A stretch of DNA of 64,000 bases from positions 396,924,001 through 396,988,000 of the forward strand of contig OZ024741.1 of assembly GCA_964016885.1 (NCBI GenBank). Reading direction: 5' to 3'. The notes beneath the pieces are model-generated. The model worked only from the letters and a program-made list of their open reading frames with translations, was not told the DNA's origin and ran no database searches. Numbering within the stretch: the first letter of the stretch is position 1; each line of letters starts with the position of its first letter. Position numbers and translations under genes: made by a program. The DNA is from Eledone cirrhosa (taxonomy: Eukaryota). Of the stretch, positions 46,713 through 60,792 are shown piece by piece.

Positions 46713-49700
46713 GGTTTCTTTATTGGCCACAAGGGCTAACATGAAGAAAAACATTAGAGACGGCACAGAACGATAGAGGACGATACAAAGTGGGTTTGGG
46801 CCGTGTAAAACGGGTTATAACAAGAAGATAGAAATATCAAAATAATTCAAAAACCACACAAAAGACCACGGCCACCCTGAACACCAGGGCAAGCGCCCTC
46901 TCTCAGTTTTCCACTCCTCAGTCTACAGGCGCATACTCAGAGTGTGCCCGTTCACTCGGACCAGACTCGCCACTTTCACCCACCTTTCAACAAACTTACT
47001 AGAACACAGCACTTGTCTCTCCACCCTGATTTTCCTCTTCAAGTGAAATTTTAAAAAGTTAATCAGGGATTCGCCGAAGAGGAAAGTGTCTGTCTTCAAT
47101 CCTTTCAACCTTGTCCACCATACAATCTCTTTCGCCATGGCCACCAGGCAGATGAAAACTGCCTGCACTTCCTCCTCCTTAAAGGAGGATTATGGGGCTA
47201 TCTGCACAATGGACTCACTCGATAACCGAATTCGTCCTACACGCCGCAGCAAATGTTCGACATAGCTCCACAAGTCAGCAATGCTGGGACACTGAACGAG
47301 TGCATGCACAGCGGTTTCGTCGCTCTGTGCGCATCTCGGATAGGTCCGGCTGACGGCACTTCCGTGCCTGTAGAGCTTAACTCGAACCGGCAACGCTCCC
47401 CAGCAGCACCGCCAGGACAGGGATTTCTGGAAATTGTCCATAGGTCCCGGTCTGAAAGTTCTCTTGAAGAGAGCGAACAGCTGATCGTCTTCGACGCCCA
47501 GGGTCTCCCCAAGAACGTCGTCACTCTTCCCCTTCACTAGTCCTCTATAGAACGCCGAGGTGGATGTTCCACCGATACTAGTGCTCAGCTGGTAGAAGGC
47601 TGTGAGTGCTTGGAGACATTTCAGCTTCCAAGCGCTATCCCTCGGTCTTTTCCTGATCCAGGACTGCAGCTCCGTTAATGAGACGTGCTGGGGAAAAACA
47701 CATCTGGCAAACGGTGACCACACCTGTTCACCATCAAGGAAGCACCAGAGATGTCGCAGCCTCAGCGCGTGTTTGCGCATCATCAGCCACGGCATGCCCA
47801 GCTCTCCACGCAACGGGTGTTGACAGCAGATAGATCGTCTGAGCATGGGAGCACGGCCCTTCCATAAAAAGCGGAAGAGAAGGCGCTCCATTTTTGTCAG
47901 AGTTGGGCCTGGGCAAGGCACAACGGTTAGGCGGAAGCAGATGACGGATGCGATGAACGCATTCGCCACTTCTGCCAGACCTTTCAGGGACAGCTTCCTC
48001 TCGGCCCATTTCTGTGTGAGAGAGGCCACCATGCTCGTCACCTCACTCCAGTTTTTCTCCATCTGAAGGTCCGGACCGAACCAGACCCCGAGCAATTTAA
48101 CCGGTCCTTCCGTCCAGCGCCCCACGACGCTGTCGGGCGGCATGGATTTGGCTCTCCAGGTTCCGAGCTGCAAGTCCACCGACTTTTCCTGGTTTAACTT
48201 TGCTCCTGTCACTGCTTCATATTCCTTTAGAGCGGTGCCGAGCATCTGGACATGTCCAGCGCTTGACACAACCACGGTGACGTCGTCGGCGTAAGCCGAT
48301 ACGGATCTCCTACATCCCAGTTCGCGTGGGACGTCTCTCATCACCTCCAATTTGTGCAGTAGCGGCTCTAGGGCCAATACGAACAAGAGTGACGAGAGAG
48401 GACAACCCTGACGGACCGAGCGCATGATGCTGAACGGCTGTGACAGATGACCGTTCACTTTCACAACTGAGCAGATGTCGCTGTGCATCGCCGCGATCCA
48501 ACCCCTGAAAATGGGCCCGAAACCAGCCGCCTCTAGGACCGCCGCCAGATACCGATGGTCGACACTATCAAATGCCTTAGATTGATCTAAGCTGATCACG
48601 GCCCCACCCGTGCCAGGTTCCTTAACCATCCTCTCTATGATGTATCGCATGAGATGGAGGTTGTCGTGGATGGATAGGTCTGGAATGGCGCATGTCTGCG
48701 CCTCTCCTACCATATTAACGAATACAAGCACCAATCTCGTTGCTAACACCTTGGCTAAAATCTTGAAATCTGTGTTTAACAAAGTTATGGGCCTGAAGTT
48801 GTCTATAACGCCCTCTTTGTTCGGGTCTTTTCTCATTAGCGCCAACGCTCCCCGACTCACAATACTAGGAACGCCCCAGTTCTGCCAGTTGCAATAGACG
48901 TCTGCCAAGAGGTCGCCGAACAAGTCTGGCACGTACGCATAAAGCTCGTAGGGCAGACCATCCAAACCAGGCGATTTATCCCTCGAGCAGTCAAACATCG
49001 CTACCCGTATTTCACCAGCTGTTATTAGCTTTTCGCAATACTGCACTGCAGTTGTCGAGAGCTGCGGCAGTCCCTTGAGGTATGCACTGAAGTCATACTC
49101 CGACCTAGCCCGCCGCCGCTCCTAAACAGTTGAGCAAAGTGCTGTTGAAAACCCTCACACATCTGCTCGGGTTGGAGTAACATGTGCCCGTTTTGGTCAG
49201 GCAAGGATTGAATTGTGGCTTTGTTGCCACGTGGCGCCTCCACCACACAGGCCCATTGGACAGCTTTTGTCCCCTCTTGTCTCAGAGCACGCGCTCTAGC
49301 CCTGACAACGCAGCCTTCGTGCTTTGCATTGAAGAATTGGCCGGGTGCTAATCTCGCCGCAAGCACGTCGGTTGCGATGCCTATCCTAAACGCCCCTTCT
49401 AGCTTTCTAACTAACTCTCCTTCTACTCTATTTTCCTCTATCTTTACTCCTTTGCTAAACTTTATTGATTCTACTCTAATTGCCCTTTTCAGGGTAAACC
49501 ACCACATGTTGTTGACGATCGCACCCTTCAACGCACGCTTAACTAGTTCGCTTATCCGGTCTCTGTAAGCTTTGCGCGCCGGGAAAGACGCGTTCAGCTT
49601 CTAGTAACCGCGTCCTTGCCTATGAAGTCTATCTAAGTCAACTTCACCTATCACAAATTTGTGGTCCGTGTAGTTGACTACTTTAAATTGTGGACAACCA

Positions 49701-52027
49701 ACGCCAGCCTTATCTGTTTCCCTACACAATACCCTATCTAGATACAATCTGGATGACCCGACGCGGTTTGCCCATGTACATATTGGCACATTCGGATAAT
49801 CCAGTCGATACCTGTCAGACAGTTAAAAAGGTCTGAGCAGGTTGTTGAGGCTTTTACATCCTCTTCCTTTATTTACTAGCCCCACATAATCCCAGCGTGC
49901 ATCTAGGATACCATTCCAGTCATCCACTAACACTAAAGAGCGGGACGTTCCAAGAAAGGTCTGAAGAAATCTGGCCGTCCTGCCTAGACGGCTACTAGCC
50001 TGAAAACATTGCCTTCGCTGCCTGTCACGTCCAGTACCACTGACTTACCTTCTGGGTCCAGGAAGATGGCCCGTATGGCGAGATCCAACCTCTCCAAAAA
50101 AGCACAGCAACTTAGCCCCCCACTCCCGGGCGGCTTGGAGATGCGTATACATCGTAGCCGCCAAGGATCGGTGCGAAGTCTCGTGCTTCAGAAATTCTGG
50201 TCTCGCTGATGGCCCCCACATCTATGTTTAGTGACCTGAGATCGTTAAGCAGGTGGCTCTGCTTCCAAGATGACCCCAGGTCACGTACATTTATACTGCC
50301 TATTCTAAGTAAGGCCATGTTGGGTGAGGAATGGAGGAAGTGAGAAAGGATCACCTACCCTGATCGTGTGGGGAAGGGACAGTTGAACCGTCCCTTTGAC
50401 TGGTCATGGGTATCTCCAAGATGATGTCGGTGTTTATCCTTTTGGCAACTGACCCTCTGAAGTCTCCAACTGCGTTGGGGAAATTTTCTTTTAAATGTTT
50501 ATAATGTTCTATTTTAATTTAAATAATGTATATATTTTTCAGGAGAGTTCTTGGTGTTGGTGGGGTGTAGTAATTTGTGTCCGTAATGTCTGTGTGCCTC
50601 TTTATATATTCTAAGAGTTATTTATTTGCCATGTTTATGGCTGTGTAATGTTTTTGGAGGGGTTTAGTTTTGATGCTGTTTTCTTGTTGTTGCTGTTGGG
50701 TATGTTTGTCTTGTGTTTGCGATGTTGATGTTTGTGGTGATGCTGGTGGTGTGGTGGTTGTTGGTGGTGGTGGTGTGGTGGTTGTTGGTGGTGATGGGGG
50801 TGGCGTTGCTGCAAGTCGCCTTGCAGCCTTTACCCCTCTTTGTTTGCCTTCCATTTTGGAGGGTGAAGCTAAAGGATGTTTTTGTTTTTTTGTGACAGAC
50901 CGTTTACCACTTCACCCCCGCCTCAGACTCCATGTCGGATTCCGTGGCGTCTCGGAGGGGTATGTGCTCCATGGCTGTTGGTGGTGGTAGTGGAGCCCTC
51001 TCCGGCAATTTTTTTGCTGGAGCAGCTACTGCAAATGTAGCTACTGGTGTTGCCGCCACTGCTGCTACTTTAGTTGTCTGTGGCCTTGGTATGGGTGCCA
51101 AGGCCTTTTGGATTTGAGCCTCCGTGCTCTCTCCACCCGATGTGATATTTTGCTTACGGTGCAGTAAGTGAACGTTCGTAACTGCTCGTCCTTGAACAAA
51201 TCGGGTGGAGATTTCAGGGAAACTCTATTGGCATTTCTTGTCACCATGGCCCTTGCGACTGCCATTTTCTCCTCCGTGACTAACACTGTTTCGATATTTC
51301 GGACCACACCTGAAAAAGAAGTGACCCCTTTTTCAGCGGCACCACTATTGCTGCCACTACTGGTTTTGCTGGTGGTGCTGAGATGGCTGTTACTTGTATT
51401 GATGTCATTGTTGCTGTTTTCGTTGGTACTGTTGTTGCTGTTGTTGTTGTTTTCGTTGATACTGTTGCTGTTGTTTTTCTTATTGTGGCTGTTGTTATTA
51501 TTGTTGTTTTTGTTGATACTGTTCCCACTCTTATTGTTGTTGTGGCTGTTGTTATTATCATTGTTATTGTCTTTCTCGACCTTATAGCTATTATTTTTGT
51601 TGTTTCTGTTGTTATTGATGGTGTTGTTGTTGGTGTTGTTTGTGTTAGAAATATTTGGTAATTTTAAATCTGTAACAATATCATTAAAAATGATATTTTC
51701 TTTTATATTTACCTTCGCGAGAACGCTGTCTTGTTGATATGTTGACAAAGTCCCCCTCTCTCTGTGTTGTTTGACAGCGCTCTCTCTCTCTCTTTCTTGT
51801 GTTATCCACGTTGAAAGAAATTTCTTTTTTTCAAATAATTTTTTACATAATACGGCACCCCATAAAGGGGTGCCGTATTATTTACCAGTGAACCCCTGTA
51901 TTAGGTGAGTCATTTCTTGTAAACTTTTATCAAGTTTAAACCTTGATTAAAGGTTAAGAACGGTTGAAAACGAGGTAAACTGTTGAAAAAAAAAACTGAA
52001 GGCGATAAGAAGCGTGGCTTCACCTTC
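46713..52027 (-). mobile_element. Tx1/L1-clade LINE copy C, divergent subfamily, degraded, ORF1 internally deleted
   Basis: ORF2 fragments 46923-50318 (RQGCPLS, YADD); Asn-rich ORF1 N-terminus joins the Pro/Thr region near 51100 without the knuckle; (AAT)n on both sides. Confidence 0.9.
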
Positions 52028-52044
52028 AATAATAATAATAATAA

Positions 52045-52225
52045 TTGTTTCTACTTTTGGCACAAGGCCAGCAATTACCCAGTGCATTACCGGTACTTTA
52101 TTTTATCGACCCCGTAAGAATGAAAGGCAAAGTTAACCTCGGCGGGATTTGAACTCAGAATGGCAAGGGCCGTAACTCTATGCATCAAAGCATGGCGTAC
52201 GACCCTCTACTGATACTGCCAATCC
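52045..52225 (-). mobile_element. SINE family 1 within the Tx1 array
   Basis: Reverse complement of the family consensus, tail running into (AAT)n. Confidence 0.9.
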
Positions 52226-52242
52226 ATAATAACAATAATAAA

Positions 52243-55200
52243 GCTTTCTTTATTAACCACAAGGGTTTACACAAAGTAGACATTAAGGACAATACAGGAC
52301 GGTACAAATGGGCATTTCTGCGTGTAAAAAAAAACAAAAACAGGATGTAACAGAAAAGAAACAATGAAAAATTCCCCAATAGGGGGAGACTTCCGAGGGA
52401 CATTCGTGGGGAAAGCCCATTAAAAAAGCCACGGTGACCCTGACCACCAGGGCAAGTGCCCTCTCCCACTTTTCCATCTTTAATTTACAGGCACATACTC
52501 AGAGTAGGCCCATTCACTTGGGCCATTCTTGTTCTCTCACCCATCTTTCAACAAAATGCTGGGAAGAGAGCACTTCGCTCTCTACCATGATTCCTTTTCA
52601 AATGAAATTTGAAAAAGTTAATCAGGGCATCACCGAAGAGGTAAGTGCTCGTCTTCAGCCCTTTCAAACGCGTCCACCATACTATCTCTTTCGCCATGGC
52701 CACCTTAACAGATAAAAACTGCCTGCACTTCTCGGCTAAAAGAAGAGGGCGGGGCAATCCTCACGATGGACTCAGTTGATAGCCGGATCCGTCCTACACG
52801 CGACTGTAGGTGTTCGACATAAACCCACAAGTCAGCAATGCTCGGACACTGGCCGAGTGGGTGCAGGACGGTTTCGTCGCCCTGCGCGCATCTCGGACAT
52901 GCCCGGCTGACGGCACTTCCATGCCTGTAGAGTTTATCCCGAACTGGCAAAGCCCCTGGGTAGCACTGCCAGGCCAGGGATTTCTGGAAGTTGTCCATAG
53001 GCCCCGTCCCGAAAGTTCTTCCGAAGAGATTGGCTAGTTGATTTTCGTCGACGCCTAGAGTTTCCCCTCCACTAATCCTCTATAGAACGCCAAGGTGGAG
53101 TTTCAACCGATCACATTGCCCGACTGGTCGAGGTCTGTGAGCGCCTGAAGACATTCCAATCTCCTAGCGCTCCCTTTCGGTCTTCGCTTGATCCAGGACT
53201 GCAGCTCCGTCAAGGAGACGAGCTGTGGAAAGACGTGTCTAGCAAACGGCGACCACACCTGATCACCGTCGAGGAAGAGGTGGAGATGTCGTAGCCTGAG
53301 CGCGGCATTCCCAGCCCTAAACGTAGCGGGTGTCGACAGCAGATGGACCGCGTCCTTTCCACATATAGCGAAAGAGCAAACGCTCCAGCGCAATCAGGCG
53401 AGGCTTAGGACAAGGCACGATGGTCAGGCGGTAGTAGATAACGGACGCGATGTACGCATTCGCCACCTCTGCTCAACTTTTCAGGGATAGCTTCCTCTCT
53501 GCCCATTTCTGGGTGAAAGAAGACACCCTGCTCGTCACCTCGTCCCAGTTTTTGTCCGCATGTCTGCGCCTCTCCCACCAGACCACCAACTACAAGTGCC
53601 AACCTGTTTGCTAGCACCTTGGCCATAATCTTGAACTGCAGAGTTGTGGGCCTGAAATGATCTATGTTATCCCCCTTGTTTGGATCCTTTTTCAGCAGCG
53701 CCACCGATTCTCGGCTCACAGAGCTGGGAATTCTCCCGTTCTGTTGCCAGTTCCAGTAGACGTCCGCCAAGAGGCCTCCAAACAAGTCTGGCATCTGTAC
53801 GTAAAGTTTATTGAGCAGACCATCCAAACTAGGCGATTTACCCCTTGAGCAGCCAGTCATTGCCTCCCGTACTTCAGCGGCTGTTATCGGCTTTTCGCAA
53901 CACTCCGCCTCAGTGGCCGCGAGCCGTGGCAGTCCGTCGAGGTAGACACTAAAGTCCATCCCTCGATCCGGCCCGCCGCTGCTCCAAAACAGCTGAGCGA
54001 AGTGTCGCTGAAAAGCTTCATACATTTGCCCGGGATCGAGTAGCATGCGCCCGTCGTGGTCCACCAAAGACCGGATCGTGGATTTGTTGCCACGACGCGC
54101 CTCCGCCACTCGGGCTCATTGAACGGCTTTCGTCCCCTCGTGTCTGAGAGCACGCACCCTAGCTCTGACAACACAACCTTCGTGCTTTGCATTGAAGAAT
54201 TGGTCAAGGGCCAATTTCGCCGCAAGTACGTCGGTCGCGATGCCTTTACTAAGCGCCTCGTCTAATTTTCTAACTAGTTCTCCCTCTGCTCTATTTTTCT
54301 CTATTGCTAAAACCTTACTAAACCTAATGGACTCTATTCTAATCGCTCTTTTCAGAGCAAACCACCATTTGTTGTTGACGATGGCCCCCGTCAACGCCCG
54401 CTTAACTAATTCGCCAATCCGGTCTCTGTAGACATTGCGCACTGTTAATGACGCGTTTAGCTTCCAGTAGCCGGGTCCCTGTCTATGAAGTCTATCTAAG
54501 TCAACCTCACAGATCACGAAAAATGTGTGGTCCGTGTAGTCGACTATTTTGAAATGTGGACAGCCTATACTAGACCTATCTATTTCCCTACAAAATACCC
54601 TATCTAGATATGATCTGGATGACCCGATACGATTTGTCCAAGTCCACATTGGCACATTCGGAAAATCCAGACGGTACCTGTCAGACAGTTGAAACAGTCT
54701 GAGCAGGTTTGCGAGGCTTTGACACCCTACTCCCCTATCCGCTAATCCCACACAGTCCCAGCGTGCATCTAAGATCCCGTTCCAGTCGCCCACTAACACT
54801 AAAGAGCGAGACGTTCCAAGAAAGTTTTCCAGACGCCGGAAGAAATCAGGCCGCCCTGCTCCTGTCTGGGCATAGACGGCCACTAGCCTGAAAGCTTGCC
54901 CATCTCCGCTGGTCACGTCCAGCACCACCAGCTTACCTTCTGGGTCCAGGAAGATGGCCCGTATGGCGAGATCCAAACTTTTCCGGAAAAGCACAGCAAC
55001 TCCTCTCCCCGATCCAGGACGGCTGAGAGATGCGGACACAACGTAGCCGCCGAAGATCGGTGCGAAGGCTCGTGCTTCGGAGATTCTGGTCTCGCTGATG
55101 GCCACTACATCTATGTTTAGTGACCTGAGGTCGTTGAGCAGGTGGCCCTGCTTCCATGATGACCCCAGGCCACGTGCATTTATGCTGCCTATTCTGAGTG

Positions 55201-57421
55201 AGGTCATGTTGAAAATGAGTGAAAAAGATGGGAAAGACCACTTACCTTACTTCTCGTAGAGGAAGGATGGTTTTTCCATCCTTCTCACTGTTTATGGCCT
55301 CCTCCGGAAGGATGTCCTTATAAATCCTCCTGGAGAGTGTTTGTCAGAAGTCTCCGATGTCCTTGGGGAATTTTAGTTTTAGTGTCGTGTACATTTTCTG
55401 TGTTATGCGACTGATTTGTATGTGTGGAGGTGGTGTGAATTTTTGGAGTGTTGTGTAGTCTTTTTCTGTGATGCTGGTGTTGTGTTGGATGTAGTGTAAT
55501 AATTGGTTGTTCAAATTTAATGCTGTGCATTGTGTATCGTTTTGGTTGTCTTGTTTTGTTTGCGTTTGTTGAGGGTTTGTTTCTGTTTCGCTTTTTGGTG
55601 ATTTTTGTGGGGTTGGTGATGGTGGTGTTGGGGTTATGATGGTGATGGTGTTGGTGTTTGTGGTGATGGGGCTGGTGATGCTGGTGTGGGTGGTGGGATA
55701 GCTGTCTTACCTTTTTTGTTTGTTTGCTTATTTTTTCCCCCTTCATTTTGTTTTTGGAGGGCGAAGGAAGACGATTTTTTCTTTTTCTTTTTTTCAGATA
55801 CAGTTTCCCACTCCTCCTCATCGTCACAATCTGTCTCCAGTTGCGATATGTCGGGGAGTGGAAAATCCTCCTCAGGCGTTGGTTTTGGTTGTGGCGTGGT
55901 GGATGGTAGAGGCGTTGGTGCTAATTCTGGCGCGGTGGGTGGTGGTGGTGTTGGTTTTGCTACTGTTGCTGCTACAGCAGTTGCTGGGGTTGTTGCTGCT
56001 ACAGTTGCTTCTGTTGTTTCTGCTACAGTTGTTGCTGCCATTTCTGCAGCTGATTTTGATGGTTCAGTCACTGGGGTGGGTAGGAGAGGTGGCCTCAACT
56101 TTTTAGCCTGAGGGCAGAAAGCCTTTAGGTGGGTTCCTTCGCCAAAAACGACACACCTAGGCCTTCTACCCTCAACGATTACGGTGAGGTGGCTGCCGTC
56201 ATTGAGGTCTATCACCTCTGGAATTTCCTTAATGTTTTTTTGGTCCGCTTGGATCAGGAGCTCCATCCCAGATCCGGACCAGTTCTCCTGCTTTTCTTTT
56301 GTTACCTCAATTATTTTCGTGTTGGCCTCGATGTCGGCGAGGACGGCAGCCATTAGCCAGGGAATTTCGATGGCCGGCGGAACGTGGGTCACCCTGATCT
56401 TCACGAGTCTCTGACCACAATAGCTTGGGACGAGTGTGAACTCGTCACTTCTTAATGGGGCGGTGGAGTGCTCTCTGGCTTCCTGTGGTGTTCCAAAGAA
56501 CACGTCCACAGTTCCATATTTCTGCCCACGTCTGATGTGAGGTTTTTTCGCCCACACATGTCCCAAAGCTTTTTCTATCTAGGACTCGGATGCCTGTTCC
56601 ACTCGGCGTGGTTTTATGTTTATCGTCCCATATGACACGGTGCATAGGCGCCTATGCTCCATTTTATTAGATGGGGGGGGGGGTTGACCCTGTACCCATC
56701 TTTTTTTACCATTCGTTTGGTTTCATTCAATTCATCCTGGCTTACCTCGATTGTTTCGCTTTTCTTGGCTGCTTTGGCAAACGACACATTTTGTTTTGCA
56801 CTGGTGTTGATGTTGTTGTTGTTATTTTCATTGTTGTTGTTGTTGCTGTTGTTGTTATTGTTATTTTTGTTATTGTTATTTTTAGTTTCAATTGTGGTGG
56901 TGGTGGTGGTGTCAGTGGTGTTCGGCGTGGAAGAGTCGATTCTGGGTGAATCCATTTCGATGTCACGAGATAATAATTTATTTTTTGTTTCTGTTGTCGC
57001 TGTGGTGATGGTGGTGGGGGTGGCGGCTTTAACACCTGCTTTTTTTGGTAATGGCGGGAAATGAATGTCTGCATGTGACAAATTTAAATTATTGCCACTG
57101 CTTATATTTTTAGTGTTGGCAACCGTAGTAATATTTACAATGGTGGTGGTGGGAGGTGTTGATTTGTTAGGAAGCTGTCAGCTTCGAGTGGTTGTGAGTC
57201 GTCCATGTTTTTTTTCAAAGAAAATTTTTGTTTGATAATTATAAAAGTTTAAATTTTGGGCTCAAGGCCCCAATATTATTGAGTGTCCTTTTCAGAAAGC
57301 AATATATGTGAATTTATAAACATTTAACAACAAACATTTTCCATAACTGGTAATTTGAAACAACTGAAAACAACAAACCTTTGTGGAGCTCACGATGATA
57401 CGATTTCCTACGTAGGTCGCC
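52243..57421 (-). mobile_element. Tx1/L1-clade LINE copy D (same subfamily as A), RT core deleted
   Basis: 5' end TTTCCTACGTAGGTCGCC identical to A; ORF2 jumps from GEAQTC to DKNWDEV near 53558, losing ~630 nt including YADD. Confidence 0.9.
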
Positions 57422-57438
57422 ATTAATAATAATAATAA

Positions 57439-57625
57439 TTGTTTCTACTTTTGGCACAAGACCGGCAATTACCCAGTGCATTACTGGTACTTTATTTTAT
57501 CGACCACGTAAGGATGAAAGGCAAAGTTAACCTCGGCGGGATTTGAACTCAGAATGGCAAGGACCGTAACTCTATGCGTCAAAGCATGGCGTCCGACCCT
57601 CTACCGATACTGCCAATCAACCGCT
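57439..57625 (-). mobile_element. SINE family 1 between (AAT)n tracts
   Basis: Reverse complement of the family consensus. Confidence 0.9.
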
Positions 57626-57670
<45 letters not shown>

Positions 57671-57671
<1 letters not shown>

Positions 57672-59281
57672 TCCTTGCCCTGGTGCCCCTAACCGTTATA
57701 TTGCGAAAAGTGAGAGCAGGATACAAGTTGGGAAAAGGAGAGCTTACCATCAATCACCTCCTCTTCATGGACGATCTTAAATTCTTTGGGAAGAGTGAGA
57801 AGGAGTTGGATGTGCTTGTTGACACTGTTCGTATTTTCAGCAATGATATATGTATGCAATTTGGTGTTAATAAGTGCGGAGTCCTAGTGATGAAGAGTCG
57901 TAAATTGAGCAGAAGCCACGGAATCCAGGTACCAACAGGTGAGATGATAAAGGAAACTGACACTGAAGAAGGATACAAATATGTAGGTGTTCTGGAGGCA
58001 GATGACATCAAGAACAAAAGAAAATGATGGAATTGATAAGATCTGAGTGCATAAGGAGAGTAAGGAGCGTATTAAAATCACATCTAAATAGTAGGAATGT
58101 CACACGTGCAGTGAATTCCCGAGCTGTGTCTATTATTAGGTACAGTGCGGGAATTCTGAAATGGAATGTTGCTGAACAAAAAGAAATGGATAGGAAGACT
58201 AGGAAGCTATTGACTATCTACAACATGTTCCACAAGAGGAGTGATGTCGATAGACTCTACTTAAATAGATCTGAAGGTGGAAGAGGTCTTATCAGCATAG
58301 AGGACTGTGTTCAGATGGAGAAAAACAACCTGCACAAATACGTGAATGACAGTAGGGAGCCAATGCTCAAAATTGTACTGAAGGAGAAGACAATAGACCA
58401 GAGGATGTCCAAGGAGGAAATAACAACAAGGAGGAAGATCAACCTTCATGAAAAATCCCTTCATAGTACATTCTTTAAGAAAACGGAATTTAGAGATCCA
58501 CAAACATGGAACTGGTTAAAAAGAGGAGACCTTAAAAAGGCTACAGAAGGAATGCTAATGGCTGCGCAAGAGCAAGCTCTCAGAACAAAGTGGGTGAAAC
58601 ACCATATTGACAAGGAGGAGGTTAGCCCACTGTGTAGGATCTGTGGAGAGAGAGAGGAGACTGTGGCTCACATTGTATCCGAGTGTAAACACCTAGCCCA
58701 GACTCACTATAAAGGCTGGAGACATGATGTGATAGGCAGGGTGATCCACTGGCACCTATGCAAGGTAAACAATTTACCACATTCTGAGAAGTGGTATGAG
58801 CATAGCCCAGAGTTGGTGATAGAAAACGATCAGGTGAAGGTGCTATGGGATTTTAGGATACAGACGGACAAGAAACTGGAACACAATAGACCTGAACTGG
58901 TGTTTTCGACAAGGAAAAAAGATCATGCCTGATTGTAGACGTAGCCTGCCCCTTTGACACGAGAGTGCAAGAAAAGGAGAGGGAGAAAATTAACCGATAC
59001 CAGGAGTTAAAGTGGGAGGTAAAAAGGATTTGGAACTGCCATGAAATCAAGGTCGTCCTGATTGTCATAGGCGCACTAGGTACTATCTCAAAGAGTTTCC
59101 AAGGATGGTTATAGAAGATTAGTCGAGCCCCGCTTTTTGGAACACTTCAAAAGGCATGCTTGCTGGGAACAGCAAGAGCCCTCCGATACGTCCTGAATAT
59201 CTGAGGCTGCAGGTAGCGGCTTGATATTCATTTCAACAAACTTTCCAGTTAAATAACATCAATGACTGAGACTCAAAGAAC
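57671..59281 (+). mobile_element. R4/Dong-like LINE, 5'-truncated, second family
   Basis: INHLLFMDDLK, YKYVG, GGRGL, CRIC..ETVAHIVSEC, RHD, WDFRIQTD..NRP, IVIGALG; (AAT)n on both sides. Confidence 0.9.
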
Positions 59282-59316
59282 AATAATAATAATAATAATA
59301 ATGATAATAATATAAT

Positions 59317-60000
59317 GGTGAGCATTATTTGTTTATTAACGACAGGATTTTTTAGAATGATTGAGGACGGTACAAAACAATAAAATGTCAGTTTCCATGA
59401 CAATATGAGGAAAATTAGAAATTAGAAAATCATAATAAAAAAAGGGGACAAAAATAACTCAAAGAAATTCCCACAAAGTTAGGGACACTTCCGAAAGTTA
59501 CTCGTGGAAAAAATCCTCTCAAACACTGGCCACCTTGATCACTAAAGCAAGGGTGTTCTTCCAGTTTCCCTCAAACAATGGACATTTCCATACTGAGAAC
59601 AGGAAAATCATATCCACAGTTCAATGTATTTAGTGGAACAACAACCCATTGTGGAATAGGAGAAGAAGAAGAAGAAGAAGAAGAAGAAGAAGAAGAAGAA
59701 GAAGAAGAAGAAGAAGAAGAAGAAGAAGAAGAAGAAGAAGAAGAAGAAGAAGAAGAAGAAGAAGAAGAAGAAGAAGAAGAAGAAGAAGAAGAAGAAGAAG
59801 AAGGCAACGCTTCCCTCTTCACCTTTAATCGTGAAAGAGGAACGTGTCTGCCTTTAACCATTTTTAATCATTTCAATCAATGTTGCTGCCCCTCACAACT
59901 TCTTTTGCCCTGGCGCTTCAGAACAATGGAAATTGTCAGCCATTTCTAGCCAAAAGGAAGGCGCCGGGGTGGTGTTCAGTGTAGACTCAGTTGATAGCTG
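59317..60000 (-). mobile_element. Highly degraded Tx1-like 3' fragment with an expanded (GAA)n tract (59661-59802)
   Basis: TTTATTAAC...GGACGGTACAAA...ACTTCCGA...GGCCACCTTGATCAC resemble the 3' UTRs of copies 0 and A-D. Confidence 0.6.
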
Positions 60001-60039
60001 CCGGACCAGTTCTAAAAGTGATATCAGCTACTCAACACA

Positions 60040-60170
60040 ATATATCACTTGAGCTGGACAGCCGCAGGTGTGAGCCCCGCGAGTTGGAGTGGCTTTTCCA
60101 GCGCGTCTCCCTTGCCGTCCTCCGGGGAAACCCCTTCCCCATTCTGTCCGCCGGGGCTAAGGGGAGACAA
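60040..60170 (+). pseudogene. 3' remnant of an RLE-type (CRE-like) LINE
   Basis: WLFQRVSLAVLRGN C-terminal motif; shorter copy at ~63372-63410. Confidence 0.55.
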
Positions 60171-60209
60171 ACCGATTATATTACGATTATGATTATTTAC
60201 AGATTTACA

Positions 60210-60400
60210 GGGAGGGGGATTGGCAGTATCGTTAGAGAGTCGGACCCCATTCTTTGTAGCATAGAGTTTCGCCCTTTTATCGTCTGAGTTCAACTCCCGC
60301 CGAGGTTCACTTTGCCTTTCATCCTTACGGGGTCGATAAAATAAGTACCAGTAATGCACTGGGATAATTGCTGGCCTTGTGCCTAAAGTAGAAGTAATTA
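60210..60400 (+). mobile_element. SINE family 1 with 19-bp TSD
   Basis: ATTATGATTATTTACAGAT at 60186-60204 and 60397-60415. Confidence 0.9.
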
Positions 60401-60616
60401 TGATTATTTACAGATGTCAGGATGTGTGTATATATCTCATTTACAAACAACAATTATATCTACTTAGTATTAACAGTCGTGAGATTGAGTACTCAATACC
60501 ATAAGACATAGTACTGTCATAAGAAAAAACACACCCAATGATGCCATTTTGTATAAAGTGGTCCAAGATACAAAGATATGTACTCATGAATTGTACTTTT
60601 AGTTTCTAGAAAATAA

Positions 60617-60792
60617 TTGTTTCTACTTTAGGCACAAGGCCAGCAATTACCCAGTGCATTAATGGTACTTTATTTTATCGACCCCGTAAGGATGAAAGGC
60701 AAAGTCAACCTCGGCGGGATTTGAACTCAGATCGTAAAGGGACGTAACTATGCTGGAAAGCATGGCGTCCGACCCTCTACCGATACTGCCAA
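60617..60792 (-). mobile_element. SINE family 1
   Basis: Reverse complement of consensus, flanked by AAAATAATT on both sides. Confidence 0.88.

Noticed and set aside
35040-57064. Recurrent plus-strand ORFs repeated in each Tx1 copy (e.g. MTDAMYAFATS, MKNWSRANFAAS)
   Set aside because: Antisense shadows of the conserved GC-rich ORF2 and ORF1; no independent motifs
59578-59949. Poly-Glu / poly-Ser ORFs
   Set aside because: (GAA)n microsatellite inside a decayed LINE fragment
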